31,405 nt of DNA from Acidimicrobiales bacterium (GTDB taxonomy: Bacteria > Actinomycetota > Acidimicrobiia > Acidimicrobiales > Acidimicrobilacustridaceae): positions 1-31,405 of the forward strand of contig JALRFT010000134.1 of the NCBI GenBank assembly GCA_023261915.1, read 5' to 3'. Shown here one piece after another: positions 1-11,736 of the stretch. A model generated the notes under the pieces. That model had not been told where the DNA came from, made no database searches, and saw only the letters and a program-made list of their open reading frames with translations. A program made the position numbers and the translations under genes. The stretch's first letter is position 1. Each line of letters begins with the position of its first letter.

Positions 1-259
1 GTTGGTCCGAGGCGACCCACCCGGCCATGTCAGGGAACGCGTCGACGAGGTCGTCGAGCAGAGCCCACTGGTTCGCCAGTCGTAGATCGATGCCGGGGAA
101 CGTGTCATCAGCGAGCGGGCGGTTCCGAGTCGCGGCCTCAGCGCGAGTGACATCGGCCGGTGATGGCAGTGGCGAGTAGATGTGCCCGCGGGGGACGTGG
201 AGGTAGTGGCGGTCGGTGAGCACACGCCACGCCACACCCAGTCGTTCAGTGAATTTCAT
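1..259 (-). CDS. Partial CDS (runs off the left edge), probable class I SAM-dependent methyltransferase (Methyltransf_24-like), N-terminal part
   Basis: Manually translated from ATG at 259: MKFTERLGVAWRVLTDRHYLHVPRGHIYSPLPSPADV...FPGIDLRLANQWALLDDL, open to the window edge. The GHxYSP(L/I)PS and PGIDL motifs resemble the N-termini of this methyltransferase family; the SAM motif lies outside the window. Confidence 0.5.
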   Translation of the reverse strand, partial: MKFTERLGVAWRVLTDRHYLHVPRGHIYSPLPSPADVTRAEAATRNRPLADDTFPGIDLRLANQWALLDDLVDAFPDMAGWVASDQ

Positions 260-283
260 AGCCTGGGTCCACGCAACGGGATC

Positions 284-2203
284 TCAGCGAGTCGAGATGG
301 TGACACTCGACCCGCGTCGCACGCTCGTCCCCGCCGCCGGACTCGTCGACGCCACCGGTCGTGTCGGTGATCCGGTGGTCGAGGTCACCACCAGCCCGGC
401 GTCCTCGAGAATTCCCGCCGCCTGCTGCACGGAGAGTCCCGACACGTCGGGAACGGCCACCAGCGGCGGTCCGAGTGACACCTGGACATCAACGGGGGTA
501 CCACGGTCCACCTTGGTACCGGCACCCAGCACGCTGATCACTGAACCGGCCTTCACAGTGTCGCTGTAGGCCTCCGACACCGAACCGATGGGCAGCCCGA
601 GCGCCTCGAGGGCTGATCGCACCTCATCGAGTGCCCGGCCGAACAGATCCTGGGGCACGGTGCGCGGTTCGGGCCCCGCCGACACCACGAGATCCACCGC
701 TTCGCCGAAAGGCACCTCGGTGCCCGGCTCGACCTCTGCTGAGAGAACGACGCCTTTGGCAATGTCTTCGCTGTAGGCCTCGGTCACCGCACCGACGGCA
801 AGTCCGACTTCGGTAAGCCGCGCTTCGGCGTCCGCCCGCGGAGCACCAACCACACCGTCGGGCAGTGGCACCGGCGGAGGGCCACGCGAGACCACCACCG
901 ACAGCACTGCGCCCTCGGCCAACTCTGCCCCCGCCGTCGGGTTCTGGGACACGATTCGGCCGGCCGGCACCGAGGGGTCAAAGGAGTCACTGCGGCGCAG
1001 GTCCCAGCCGGCATCCGCCGCTGCGGATTCGGCCACGGCCACCGCAACTCCAGACAGATCCGGCACTGCGGTCGTGACGACCCGCACCGAGGTCCACCAC
1101 CATGCCCCGACACCAATGGCCGCCAGCAACAAAGCGACGACCGCAAGGGGCCAGCGTCGACGACGACGCCGGACCGGTACCGCACCACCGTCGGGTTCGG
1201 GGAAGCCACCGGCAGCGGTCGCAACCCCCGAGGAGATAACGGGTCCTGCCATATCGAGACCGACCTCGGTCTCATCGTGGACCCCTTGCACCGGTGCGCC
1301 CGTCTCGGGACCGAGGGGAGTGGCGTCAGCAGGCACGAGCGGAACGGGTGCCACCGGCAACGGACTTGGCGCCGGGTAATGACGGGCGATGTCGAGCAGC
1401 GCTCCCGCCAACTCGGCAGCATCAGGTCGATCAACCGCTGCGGGGGCGCCGGCGGCGGCGAGCACTTCGCCCAGTGGCCCGAGTCCCTCGGGCACCGGCA
1501 AGGCCGTGTCGACGCGGGCCATCAGGGTGCCGAGGGTGGTGTCGGCCGCGAACGGCACTGCGCCCGAAGCAGCCTCGACGAGCACCACGGCGAGGGCATA
1601 GACGTCACTGCGACCATCGAGGGTCTCACCCCGAGCTTGTTCAGGAGAGGCGTACCGAGCAGTGCCGAGCACCGCTCCCATGGGTTCGGTCCACGTTGCC
1701 TCGGCGAGCGCACGTGCCAGACCGAAGTCAGCGATGCGGAGGCGGGCCTCGTCGTCGAACAACAGGTTCGCCGGCTTAATGTCCCGGTGGACCAGTTGTT
1801 GTCGGTGGGCGTAGGCCAGCCCCCGGGCCGCCTCGAGACCGACGAGGAGCACCTGGGAGACCTCGAGTGGACCGTTGCGATCCAGCATCGACCGCAGACT
1901 GCCGCCGGCAAGGAACTCGGTGACCAGATAAGGGGTGATGCCGTCCTGACCCCAGTCGTGCACGGCGAGGACGTTGGGATGATTCAGTGACGCTGCCACC
2001 TGGGCTTCGGCCCGGAACCGGCGCAAGAAGGCGTCGTCGTCAGCGAGCGCAGGGTGAAGCACCTTGACGGCCACCCGGCGCTGCAGGGTGACGTCCTCAC
2101 CGAGATACACCGACGCCGAGGCACCGGAACCCACGAGGGTCACCAGCCGGTAGCGACCGCCCAGAACCTGACCGACGCGGTCGGTGACCTGAGGGAACGC
2201 CAC
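284..2203 (-). CDS. Hanks-type Ser/Thr protein kinase with one TM helix and about 4 PASTA domains (PknB/PknL-like)
   Basis: VAVK, HRDIKPAN, DFGLAR, GTARYASPEQ and DVYAL motifs; TM WPLAVVALLLAAIGVGAWWW; repeated VPD(L/V)xG PASTA-like units. Start moved to GTG 2203 (TACCCT 7 nt upstream); the ORF track start is 2281. Confidence 0.95.
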   Translation of the reverse strand: MAFPQVTDRVGQVLGGRYRLVTLVGSGASASVYLGEDVTLQRRVAVKVLHPALADDDAFLRRFRAEAQVAASLNHPNVLAVHDWGQDGITPYLVTEFLAGGSLRSMLDRNGPLEVSQVLLVGLEAARGLAYAHRQQLVHRDIKPANLLFDDEARLRIADFGLARALAEATWTEPMGAVLGTARYASPEQARGETLDGRSDVYALAVVLVEAASGAVPFAADTTLGTLMARVDTALPVPEGLGPLGEVLAAAGAPAAVDRPDAAELAGALLDIARHYPAPSPLPVAPVPLVPADATPLGPETGAPVQGVHDETEVGLDMAGPVISSGVATAAGGFPEPDGGAVPVRRRRRRWPLAVVALLLAAIGVGAWWWTSVRVVTTAVPDLSGVAVAVAESAAADAGWDLRRSDSFDPSVPAGRIVSQNPTAGAELAEGAVLSVVVSRGPPPVPLPDGVVGAPRADAEARLTEVGLAVGAVTEAYSEDIAKGVVLSAEVEPGTEVPFGEAVDLVVSAGPEPRTVPQDLFGRALDEVRSALEALGLPIGSVSEAYSDTVKAGSVISVLGAGTKVDRGTPVDVQVSLGPPLVAVPDVSGLSVQQAAGILEDAGLVVTSTTGSPTRPVASTSPAAGTSVRRGSSVTISTR

Positions 2204-2305
2204 GTCATGAAGGGTAGCGGTCGTCAGGTCCGCCACCGGGTCAGCCACGGGCCCGACCGCAGCGCCGATGCCACACTGCACGCCCCCGCCGGGCAGACTT
2301 AAGGC

Positions 2306-2707
2306 GTGCCTCGTGTCGTGAAGTTCCTCGTGTTGCCCGGGCTCGTGATTCTGATCGTCGTCGCCATCGTCTCCGCCGTCCGCATTAGCGGTGACCGGCC
2401 CGAGACCGAGATCCCCGGCATCGTGTCGCTGGTCCCCGGCCCCGGCAATCAGGTCCTGTTGCAGAGCCCGATCGGGGTGGTGGTCCTGCCCGCATACGAC
2501 GCCAGCCTGAAGGTGAACGGGGTGACGATCCCCCCCAGCGAGATCAACGCTCCCCTCAACCCCGGCGAGGTGATCTTCCAGCCCGGAGCGGGCAAGGTCA
2601 TCAACGAACTGCTGCCCAACGTGAACTGTGTGGAGGCCCAGGTCTGGCGCCGGGAACTCGGACCCGGGACCGCCGCCACCCGAGAGTGGTGCTTCCGGGC
2701 GAACTAA
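2306..2707 (+). CDS. Hypothetical membrane-anchored/exported protein (133 aa)
   Basis: N-terminal hydrophobic helix (FLVLPGLVILIVVAIVSAV), then a beta-rich domain with two Cys near the C-terminus; fills the gap between flanking genes; CAGACT 6 nt before GTG. Confidence 0.8.
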   Translation: MPRVVKFLVLPGLVILIVVAIVSAVRISGDRPETEIPGIVSLVPGPGNQVLLQSPIGVVVLPAYDASLKVNGVTIPPSEINAPLNPGEVIFQPGAGKVINELLPNVNCVEAQVWRRELGPGTAATREWCFRAN

Positions 2708-2712
2708 CGCCC

Positions 2713-5465
<2,753 letters not shown>

Positions 5466-5508
5466 CCGACCGGTCCAGGTCGGACCCGGCGCCACGCGCA
5501 AGGGGTGG

Positions 5509-6573
5509 TCAGGCTCCGGCGGAGTACCGGCTGGCGATGGCCTGATCGTGGAGACGTTCGGCCAGACGGTTGGTAAACCACACCACCTGCTCGGCCTGGG
5601 TCACGCCGTGACGGGCCAGACCACACGCCGGGGTGATCATGGCTTGGGTGCGCAACAGCACCGGGTCGCACCCGCCTTCAGTGACGAGATCGGACCACAG
5701 CAGGTTGAGTTGCCGCCACATGCGATCCACCGTCGTGCCGATGGGACGGTCGGTGGGGACGGCCCCCCACGCCACCCAGCCGCCGGCATCAAGGAACGAG
5801 GCGAACGCCGCGGCGGCGCGTTGCAGGCCGCCATCGGTGGGCAACGACAAGATCTGCGGTCCGGCTTGCATGATGAGTCGCCAGTCGGCGTCCGTGGCGC
5901 AACAGTGCAGACCGGAGATGGCCCCATGTTCGATGGCGGCCAGGGCACTCGAGGTCAGATCGATGGCCTCCACTGGCGAGATGGGGAACCCCGACACCAT
6001 GGCTGAACCGAGCACGGGCTCGTCAACGAAACACACGATCTGCGCCTCGGGCACGCGGGCACCGGCGTAATCCACGAGCGCCGCAGCCCGTTGCCGCACT
6101 GCTTGACCGGCGACACGGAAGGCCAGGTCGGCGTCGACGCCCGCCGCGTGCAGAGCCACACCCAACGTCACCGGGCCGGTGACCGCCAGTTTGATCGGCC
6201 CGCGTCGCTCGGCCGTGGCTGTGAGGAACGCCCGCAGTCCAACGAAACCGTCCGAGGAAAATCCTGCGTCCCACAACGGTGCTTCGGGGTCGAGCGCAGC
6301 GTCGTCGATCACGAGTGAGCCGTCATCGGTCACGGTGATCCCGACCACACCGTGAGCGGCCTGGGCGATCATGGACTCCCGCCGGGAGCGGCCCGGCAAT
6401 GATGGTGCCGCCGGGAGTCGTTGCTGATTCCGCACGGCGAAGTCGACCGCCTCGGACGGATCGATGTGGGGCAAGCTGCCGATCGAGGTGGCGAGACCCA
6501 CCTGCATGCGGATGCGACCCGTGCCCGCGCCCGTCGGCGTCACGGCACCGGTCGCCGTCTCTCCGGCAACCAT
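5509..6573 (-). CDS. Single-barrel cobalamin-independent methionine synthase-like (MetE C-terminal domain) protein
   Basis: TSIGSLPH, VDEP, HCC (HxC) and TPACGL match motifs of the MetE catalytic barrel; about 354 aa, no N-terminal barrel. Start uncertain (6573 ATG or 6606 GTG). Confidence 0.75.
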   Translation of the reverse strand: MVAGETATGAVTPTGAGTGRIRMQVGLATSIGSLPHIDPSEAVDFAVRNQQRLPAAPSLPGRSRRESMIAQAAHGVVGITVTDDGSLVIDDAALDPEAPLWDAGFSSDGFVGLRAFLTATAERRGPIKLAVTGPVTLGVALHAAGVDADLAFRVAGQAVRQRAAALVDYAGARVPEAQIVCFVDEPVLGSAMVSGFPISPVEAIDLTSSALAAIEHGAISGLHCCATDADWRLIMQAGPQILSLPTDGGLQRAAAAFASFLDAGGWVAWGAVPTDRPIGTTVDRMWRQLNLLWSDLVTEGGCDPVLLRTQAMITPACGLARHGVTQAEQVVWFTNRLAERLHDQAIASRYSAGA

Positions 6574-6646
6574 CAGGCCCCCCGCCCGGTCAGGTCCACG
6601 GGACACGGATTAGCCACCCGGACGGATCGCGAGCAAATCTTCGGGC

Positions 6647-7567
6647 GTGTTTTCTCCGACCGTGGCCGTACCCATCGTGGTGGCCCTCTGCTGGTTGCTG
6701 CTGCCCTTCACCGCCGGCGACGCCTTCGCCGCCGCCCTCGACGATCGTTCCGGAACCGCCCAGTGGGTGATCGGGGTCACGGCGTGGGCAGTGTGGGCCG
6801 CCGGTGCGGTGGCCATCGCCGTCCCGCGAACCTCGAGCCTCACGGTCGCCCGTTTCCTCGTGCCGGGAGCACTGGTGGCCACCATCGCGGCGGCGGCCGT
6901 GGCCACCACTGACGGGCCCGGCACCGGACTCACGGGGCAGGGACTCCCTCCCACCGGTGTCGTCGGACTGGTGTGTGCGACCCTCGCCGCCACTCTGGTG
7001 CTGACCGCCCTCTTCGGCGACCGGAGCATCAACGGCTCGTCCTACGGCGCCGAACGGCGATTCGCCCTGCGGCCCCCGGCGTCGGCGCTCGTGCTGGTGA
7101 CCGCCCTGTGGCTCGTCGCCATGGCTGCCGCGGCCGCAGGTCCTCTGCTGCTCGCCAGTGGCTCATGGGCCGTCGGGGGGATCGTCACCGTGCTCGGTCT
7201 GGCCCTCGGAGCGGTCATCATGCGTCGAGCCCACATCCTGGCCCGACGATGGTTGGTGCTGGTTCCCGCCGGAGTGGTGGTCCACGACCCGTGGATGCTC
7301 GCCGACTCGCTGCTCGTACAACGAGCCAACCTCGTTGACATCGTGCCCGCCGCCGCTGAAACCACGGCCACCGATCTCACCGCCGGAGCCCAGGGACTCG
7401 CCCTCGAGATTCGCCTCCGACAGCCCTCCCCCATCGTGACCACCGCCGCCCGGCGCACCGCCGATGGTTCCCTCACGGCACCCTCGATCGACGTGGAGGC
7501 CGTACTCGTCGCCCCGACACGACCGGGTGCGGTGATGCGCACCCTCGCCAACCGCTCGGCCCGGTGA
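6647..7567 (+). CDS. Hypothetical polytopic membrane protein with a C-terminal soluble domain
   Basis: About 6-7 hydrophobic segments, then a soluble beta-rich region (RRWLVLVPAGVVVHDPW...); AAATCT 6 nt before GTG. Confidence 0.8.
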   Translation: MFSPTVAVPIVVALCWLLLPFTAGDAFAAALDDRSGTAQWVIGVTAWAVWAAGAVAIAVPRTSSLTVARFLVPGALVATIAAAAVATTDGPGTGLTGQGLPPTGVVGLVCATLAATLVLTALFGDRSINGSSYGAERRFALRPPASALVLVTALWLVAMAAAAAGPLLLASGSWAVGGIVTVLGLALGAVIMRRAHILARRWLVLVPAGVVVHDPWMLADSLLVQRANLVDIVPAAAETTATDLTAGAQGLALEIRLRQPSPIVTTAARRTADGSLTAPSIDVEAVLVAPTRPGAVMRTLANRSAR

Positions 7568-7583
7568 CCACCAGCGTCACCTC

Positions 7584-8654
7584 TCAGGTGGCGACGCCGC
7601 CTCCAACGACAACCTCACCGTGGGGGCCCTGGTCGTAGAACACGAGACTCTGACCGGGAGCGATGCGACGCACGGGTGTGCCCCAACGCACCTCGAGCGA
7701 ACCGTCCTCAGCGGACACGAGGTTGGCTGGCACCGGAGTTCCGTGGGCGCTGGCCTGCACGGCGAACGCACCGGTCACCGGTTGGTCCGTCCACTCGAGT
7801 TGCCGCACCGTCGTCGTCGCAACCTCCAGTTCGTCAAGCGTCCCGACCGTCACCGTGCGAGACGGCACGTCGACCGCTACGGCGAAGCGGTACTCACCAC
7901 TCCCCGACAGACCCAGACCGCGCCGCTGACCGACGGTGACGAGTTCGACCGCCTCAACCGAACCAACCTCTTCCCCCGAGGTGTCGACGAGCCGGCCCGG
8001 ATGCAACTCCACCCGTTGGGTGAGGAACCCCTGGCGGCCCGACGCCGAGGTGATGAAACACACGTCCTGGCTGTCGGGCTTGTCCGCCGTGCGGAGTCCG
8101 AGTTCGGTGGCCCGGGCCCGCACCTGGTCCTTGGTCATGTCCCCCACCGGGAACGTCACCCGTCCCAGGGCTTCCTGGTTGAGCATGTAGAGCACGTATG
8201 ACTGGTCCTTGGCCGCATCGGCACCCCGGGCCAACCGGTGGGTCCCGTCGCCGAGGGTCACGACCCGGGCGTGATGGCCGGTGGCCACCCGCTCGAACCC
8301 GAGCGCCCGGGCCCGGTTCAAGAGACGATCGAACTTGAGGTGACGATTGCACTCAATGCACGGGTTGGGTGTGCGGCCCGCGGCGTGGTCGTCGACATAG
8401 GGCTGCACCACGTGTTGGGTGAACTCGTCGGCGAGGTTGAACACGTGATGGTCGATGTCGAGCTGCTGGGCGACCCGACGGGCGTCCTCGACATCGGACA
8501 CGGCACAGCAACCGCTGTCGGACTCCCCACCCCACAACCGCAGTGTCACCCCGACGACATCGAAGCCGTCCTCCACCAGCAGGGCAGCCGCCACCGACGA
8601 GTCGACACCCCCCGACATGGCCACCATGACGCGACGGTCGTGAGCGATGCTCAT
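7584..8654 (-). CDS. mnmA: tRNA 2-thiouridine(34) synthase
   Basis: AMSGGVDS PP-loop, TPNPCIECN, ATGHHA, KDQSY, SQDVCF, TVGQRRGL; ATGA overlap with the upstream desulfurase stop. Confidence 0.97.
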   Translation of the reverse strand: MSIAHDRRVMVAMSGGVDSSVAAALLVEDGFDVVGVTLRLWGGESDSGCCAVSDVEDARRVAQQLDIDHHVFNLADEFTQHVVQPYVDDHAAGRTPNPCIECNRHLKFDRLLNRARALGFERVATGHHARVVTLGDGTHRLARGADAAKDQSYVLYMLNQEALGRVTFPVGDMTKDQVRARATELGLRTADKPDSQDVCFITSASGRQGFLTQRVELHPGRLVDTSGEEVGSVEAVELVTVGQRRGLGLSGSGEYRFAVAVDVPSRTVTVGTLDELEVATTTVRQLEWTDQPVTGAFAVQASAHGTPVPANLVSAEDGSLEVRWGTPVRRIAPGQSLVFYDQGPHGEVVVGGGVAT

Positions 8655-9844
8655 CGCTCACCGGCCCGACTGGGAACGTCGAGGAGCCGAAGTCGGGCGA
8701 CGGCGTCGGGCAGCGCGGCGGCGACACGCTCAACCACGACCTCATCGCTCGTCCACCCGAGTGAGAACCGCAGCGATCCCCTCGCCTGTTCGGAAGTGAC
8801 ACCCATGGCGGCAAGCACGTGGGATGCCTCAGTGGCACCACTGGCGCACGACGAAGCGGCTGAGGCGGCGATGCCGGCGTCGTCAAGCAGGAACAACAAC
8901 GCCTCTGACGACACGCCCTGCACACAGACGTGGCAGATCGTCGGCAGTCGACTCGGCCGCGCCGCACCGTCACGACCCACCGTGGCCACCACACCGGGGA
9001 CCGAGGTGACCACCGACTCCAGTTCGTCGCGCAGTGACGTCATTCGGGCCGCGGTGGCATCACGATGGGTGAGCACGAGATCGGCCGCCACGCCCAGGCC
9101 GACGATGCCGGCCACGTTGTGGGTCCCCGACCGTCGACCGCGTTCCTGGCCACCGCCGCGCAGACGGGCGGCGACTGCCACACCGGGGCGAACGGCGAGC
9201 GCCCCCACCCCCTTGGGGCCCCCAATCTTGTGGCCACTCAGCGAGACGAGGGCGGCAGCCGAGGCGAGTTGCCGCAGATCGCACCACGCCGCCGCCTGCA
9301 CGGCGTCGGTGTGCAGCACTGCGTCGGGTGCATGACGGGCCACCACGGCGGCGACAGCGTCGAGGGGCTGGATGGTGCCCACCTCGTTGTTGGCCGCCAT
9401 CACCGACACGAGACTGACCGGCGCCTCGTCGGTGTTGACCAGCTGTCGTGAGAGATCATCGAGGTCCACCACGCCGACGGCGTCGACCGCCACCGTGGCC
9501 CCACCCCGATGCAGAACCGGGTCGAGCACGGCGTGGTGTTCGATGGCACTGCACACGGCCCGGCCCCCCACGGCGTCGAGGACACCGTTGATCGCGAGGT
9601 CGTCAGCCTCGGTGCCACCCGAGGTGAAGACCACTTCGCCCGGGGCACAGCCGAGGAGTTCGGCGACCGGTTCACGGGCCTCGTCCACGGCGCGCCGGGC
9701 AGCGCGGGCGCGGGCGTGACTGCCCGACGGGTTCCCGAAGTGCTCGGTGAGCCACGGCAGCATGGCCTCGACGACCTCGGGGCGCGTCGGGGTGGACGCA
9801 GCGTGGTCGAGGTAGGCCTCGGGAGGCGGCAGGCCCAGATCCAT
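8651..9844 (-). CDS. iscS: Cysteine desulfurase (IscS/NifS-like, PLP-dependent)
   Basis: YLDHAAST, GNPSG, FTSGGTE, NNEVG, HTDAVQ, SGHK (PLP Lys), SSCASG catalytic Cys loop. Confidence 0.93.
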   Translation of the reverse strand: MDLGLPPPEAYLDHAASTPTRPEVVEAMLPWLTEHFGNPSGSHARARAARRAVDEAREPVAELLGCAPGEVVFTSGGTEADDLAINGVLDAVGGRAVCSAIEHHAVLDPVLHRGGATVAVDAVGVVDLDDLSRQLVNTDEAPVSLVSVMAANNEVGTIQPLDAVAAVVARHAPDAVLHTDAVQAAAWCDLRQLASAAALVSLSGHKIGGPKGVGALAVRPGVAVAARLRGGGQERGRRSGTHNVAGIVGLGVAADLVLTHRDATAARMTSLRDELESVVTSVPGVVATVGRDGAARPSRLPTICHVCVQGVSSEALLFLLDDAGIAASAASSCASGATEASHVLAAMGVTSEQARGSLRFSLGWTSDEVVVERVAAALPDAVARLRLLDVPSRAGER

Positions 9845-9850
9845 GAGCCA

Positions 9851-9856
9851 AGCGTA
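9851..9856 (-). promoter_or_regulatory. Candidate -10 element TACGCT, leaderless promoter of the iscS-mnmA operon
   Basis: TANNNT hexamer exactly 6 nt upstream of ATG 9844. Confidence 0.6.
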
Positions 9857-9890
9857 CGACGCCGGGTGCGCCGGAGCGACCGGCGGGTCC

Positions 9891-10781
9891 CTAGTTGAAC
9901 AACGTCAGCAGTGGGTCCTGCCACTGGGCCGCCGCCCACAGCGACCCCACGAAGAACAATGCCGACAGCCCGAGCCCGATCCCCACGGCCGCCGCCATGC
10001 TGGGCGCCCGTCGGTCCACGGCCACCATGGCCGCACCCGTCGCCATGCCGCCGATCAGCCCGCCAATGTGGCCGCCGATGGAGATGCCCGGCACGGCGAA
10101 GGTGATGAGCAGATTCACCACCACGAGGGTGATCAGTCCCGAGCTCCGCAGACTCACTCCCGCAGCGCGCTGGAGCACGACCGCAGCCCCCATGAGACCG
10201 AAGATGGCGCCCGATGCTCCGACGGTCATGCCCACGGGCGACAACAACATGACGCCGAACGAGCCCGCAAGCAGCGAGGCGAGATAGAGGACGACGTACC
10301 GCTGCCAGCCGAGGGCACGTTCGATCTGGGTGCCGAGCAGCCACAACACGACCATGTTGAAACCGATGTGCAGCAGTCCACCGTGGAGAAAACCGCCGGT
10401 AATGAGACGCCACCACTCCCCGTCGGCGACACCGAAGGGGTAGCTCAGGCGGTAGGGGGCGTGGCCGATGAGCCCAAAGTCCTCAACGAGTGGTCCGCCG
10501 CTGCCCTGCAACACCTGTTGGGGGGCACCCGAGGACACCACGAGGGCGATGAACGCCACCACGTTCAACCCGATGAGGATCTTGGTAGCGATCGGGTCAC
10601 TCGCCGCCAACGGATTGCGCACGACCCGCTGTGCACCCGCCGAGGTGCACGCCGGACAGTGGAAACCCACCGAGGCGGGAATCATGCAGTCGGGACAGAT
10701 GGGACGCCCACAACGCTGGCAACTCACACCGGCACGCCGGTCGGCGTGGCGGTAACAGGTGACGACCGGGGGGGTGTCCAC
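9891..10781 (-). CDS. Rhomboid intramembrane serine protease with N-terminal B-box-like Zn finger
   Basis: CYRH...CQRC...CPDC...CPAC N-terminus; WRLIT, HIGFNM, GASG (catalytic Ser) and GGHIGG (catalytic His). Confidence 0.93.
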   Translation of the reverse strand: MDTPPVVTCYRHADRRAGVSCQRCGRPICPDCMIPASVGFHCPACTSAGAQRVVRNPLAASDPIATKILIGLNVVAFIALVVSSGAPQQVLQGSGGPLVEDFGLIGHAPYRLSYPFGVADGEWWRLITGGFLHGGLLHIGFNMVVLWLLGTQIERALGWQRYVVLYLASLLAGSFGVMLLSPVGMTVGASGAIFGLMGAAVVLQRAAGVSLRSSGLITLVVVNLLITFAVPGISIGGHIGGLIGGMATGAAMVAVDRRAPSMAAAVGIGLGLSALFFVGSLWAAAQWQDPLLTLFN

Positions 10782-10798
10782 CTCCTGACCGTACCGCG

Positions 10799-11593
10799 CT
10801 ACTCGCCGGTGAAGATCGCCTTGCCGGGTCCGTCGGCGAGGAAACTTGCCACACCGATGGCGGCGTCGCGGGTGCCGAACACCTCCCCGAACAGGCGGCG
10901 CTCGAGCACGAGTCCGTCGGCGAGGGTCATGTCGAGCCCCTCGTCGATGGCCGTCTTGGCCAGGGCTAGGGCCCGCCGGGGTCCCGCCGCCAACGAGGCG
11001 GCGAAGGCCAGAGCCTCATCCCGCAGCTCAGCGGCCGGCACCACCCGGTCCACGAGACCCATGCCGAGGGCCTCGTCGGCGCCCACCTGTCGTCCCGTGA
11101 GGATCAGATCCTTGGCCCGGGCCGGACCAACCAGGCGACTCAGCCGCTGGGTCCCACCACCGCCGGGAATGATCCCGAGAAGAATCTCGGGCTGGCCCAA
11201 CACGGCGTTGTCCGCCGCCATCCGCAGATCACATGCCAGTGCCAACTCACACCCGCCACCGAGGGCGTACCCGTTCACGGCCGCCACGACCACGGCAGGA
11301 ATCGCTGCCACGGCGTCAAGGGCCTTGTGGAACGACTCGGCGATCACCGCAGCCTCACTGCGGCCACCGAACTCACTGATCTCGGCGCCGGCGGCGAACA
11401 TCCGGCCCCGTCCGGTGATCACCACCGCCCCCGGTGGATCGGCCGTGAGCGCAGCAGCAATGGTCGCCAACTCGGTGAGCACGGCCTTGGACAACGTGTT
11501 GGCCTTGCCGTGGGAGATCTCGACAAGGGCAACGCCGCCATCGAGCCGGGTGAGTTCCACGAGTGGACCAGGGGTCGGGGATGCGTCGGTCAT
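10799..11593 (-). CDS. Enoyl-CoA hydratase/isomerase (crotonase family)
   Basis: FAAGAEI, ALGGGCELALACD, GQPEILLGIIPGGGG. Start ATG 11593 (TATGGT 8 nt upstream). Confidence 0.92.
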   Translation of the reverse strand: MTDASPTPGPLVELTRLDGGVALVEISHGKANTLSKAVLTELATIAAALTADPPGAVVITGRGRMFAAGAEISEFGGRSEAAVIAESFHKALDAVAAIPAVVVAAVNGYALGGGCELALACDLRMAADNAVLGQPEILLGIIPGGGGTQRLSRLVGPARAKDLILTGRQVGADEALGMGLVDRVVPAAELRDEALAFAASLAAGPRRALALAKTAIDEGLDMTLADGLVLERRLFGEVFGTRDAAIGVASFLADGPGKAIFTGE

Positions 11594-11640
11594 GGGCCGA
11601 GACCATAGCGGGGAGACCTCACCCGCGGGTCCGAGGCGAG

Positions 11641-11672
11641 CGATCCCCACAGCAGTGATGCGGTGGGGATCG
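11641..11672. repeat. Inverted repeat / hairpin in the divergent ech-mscL intergenic region
   Basis: CGATCCCCAC (11641-11650) is the exact reverse complement of GTGGGGATCG (11663-11672); an inner GCA/TGC pair closes a GTGA loop. Confidence 0.8.
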
Positions 11673-11736
11673 GTAATGTCGGCTCAGCGGCCTCACCCGG
11701 CCCGACGTCCACCCACCTCAGGAGAACACAGCAACC

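Noticed and set aside
11641-11672. Possible CRISPR repeat (CCCC...GGGG palindrome reminiscent of type I-E)
   Set aside because: Single copy, no spacers and no cas genes in the window.
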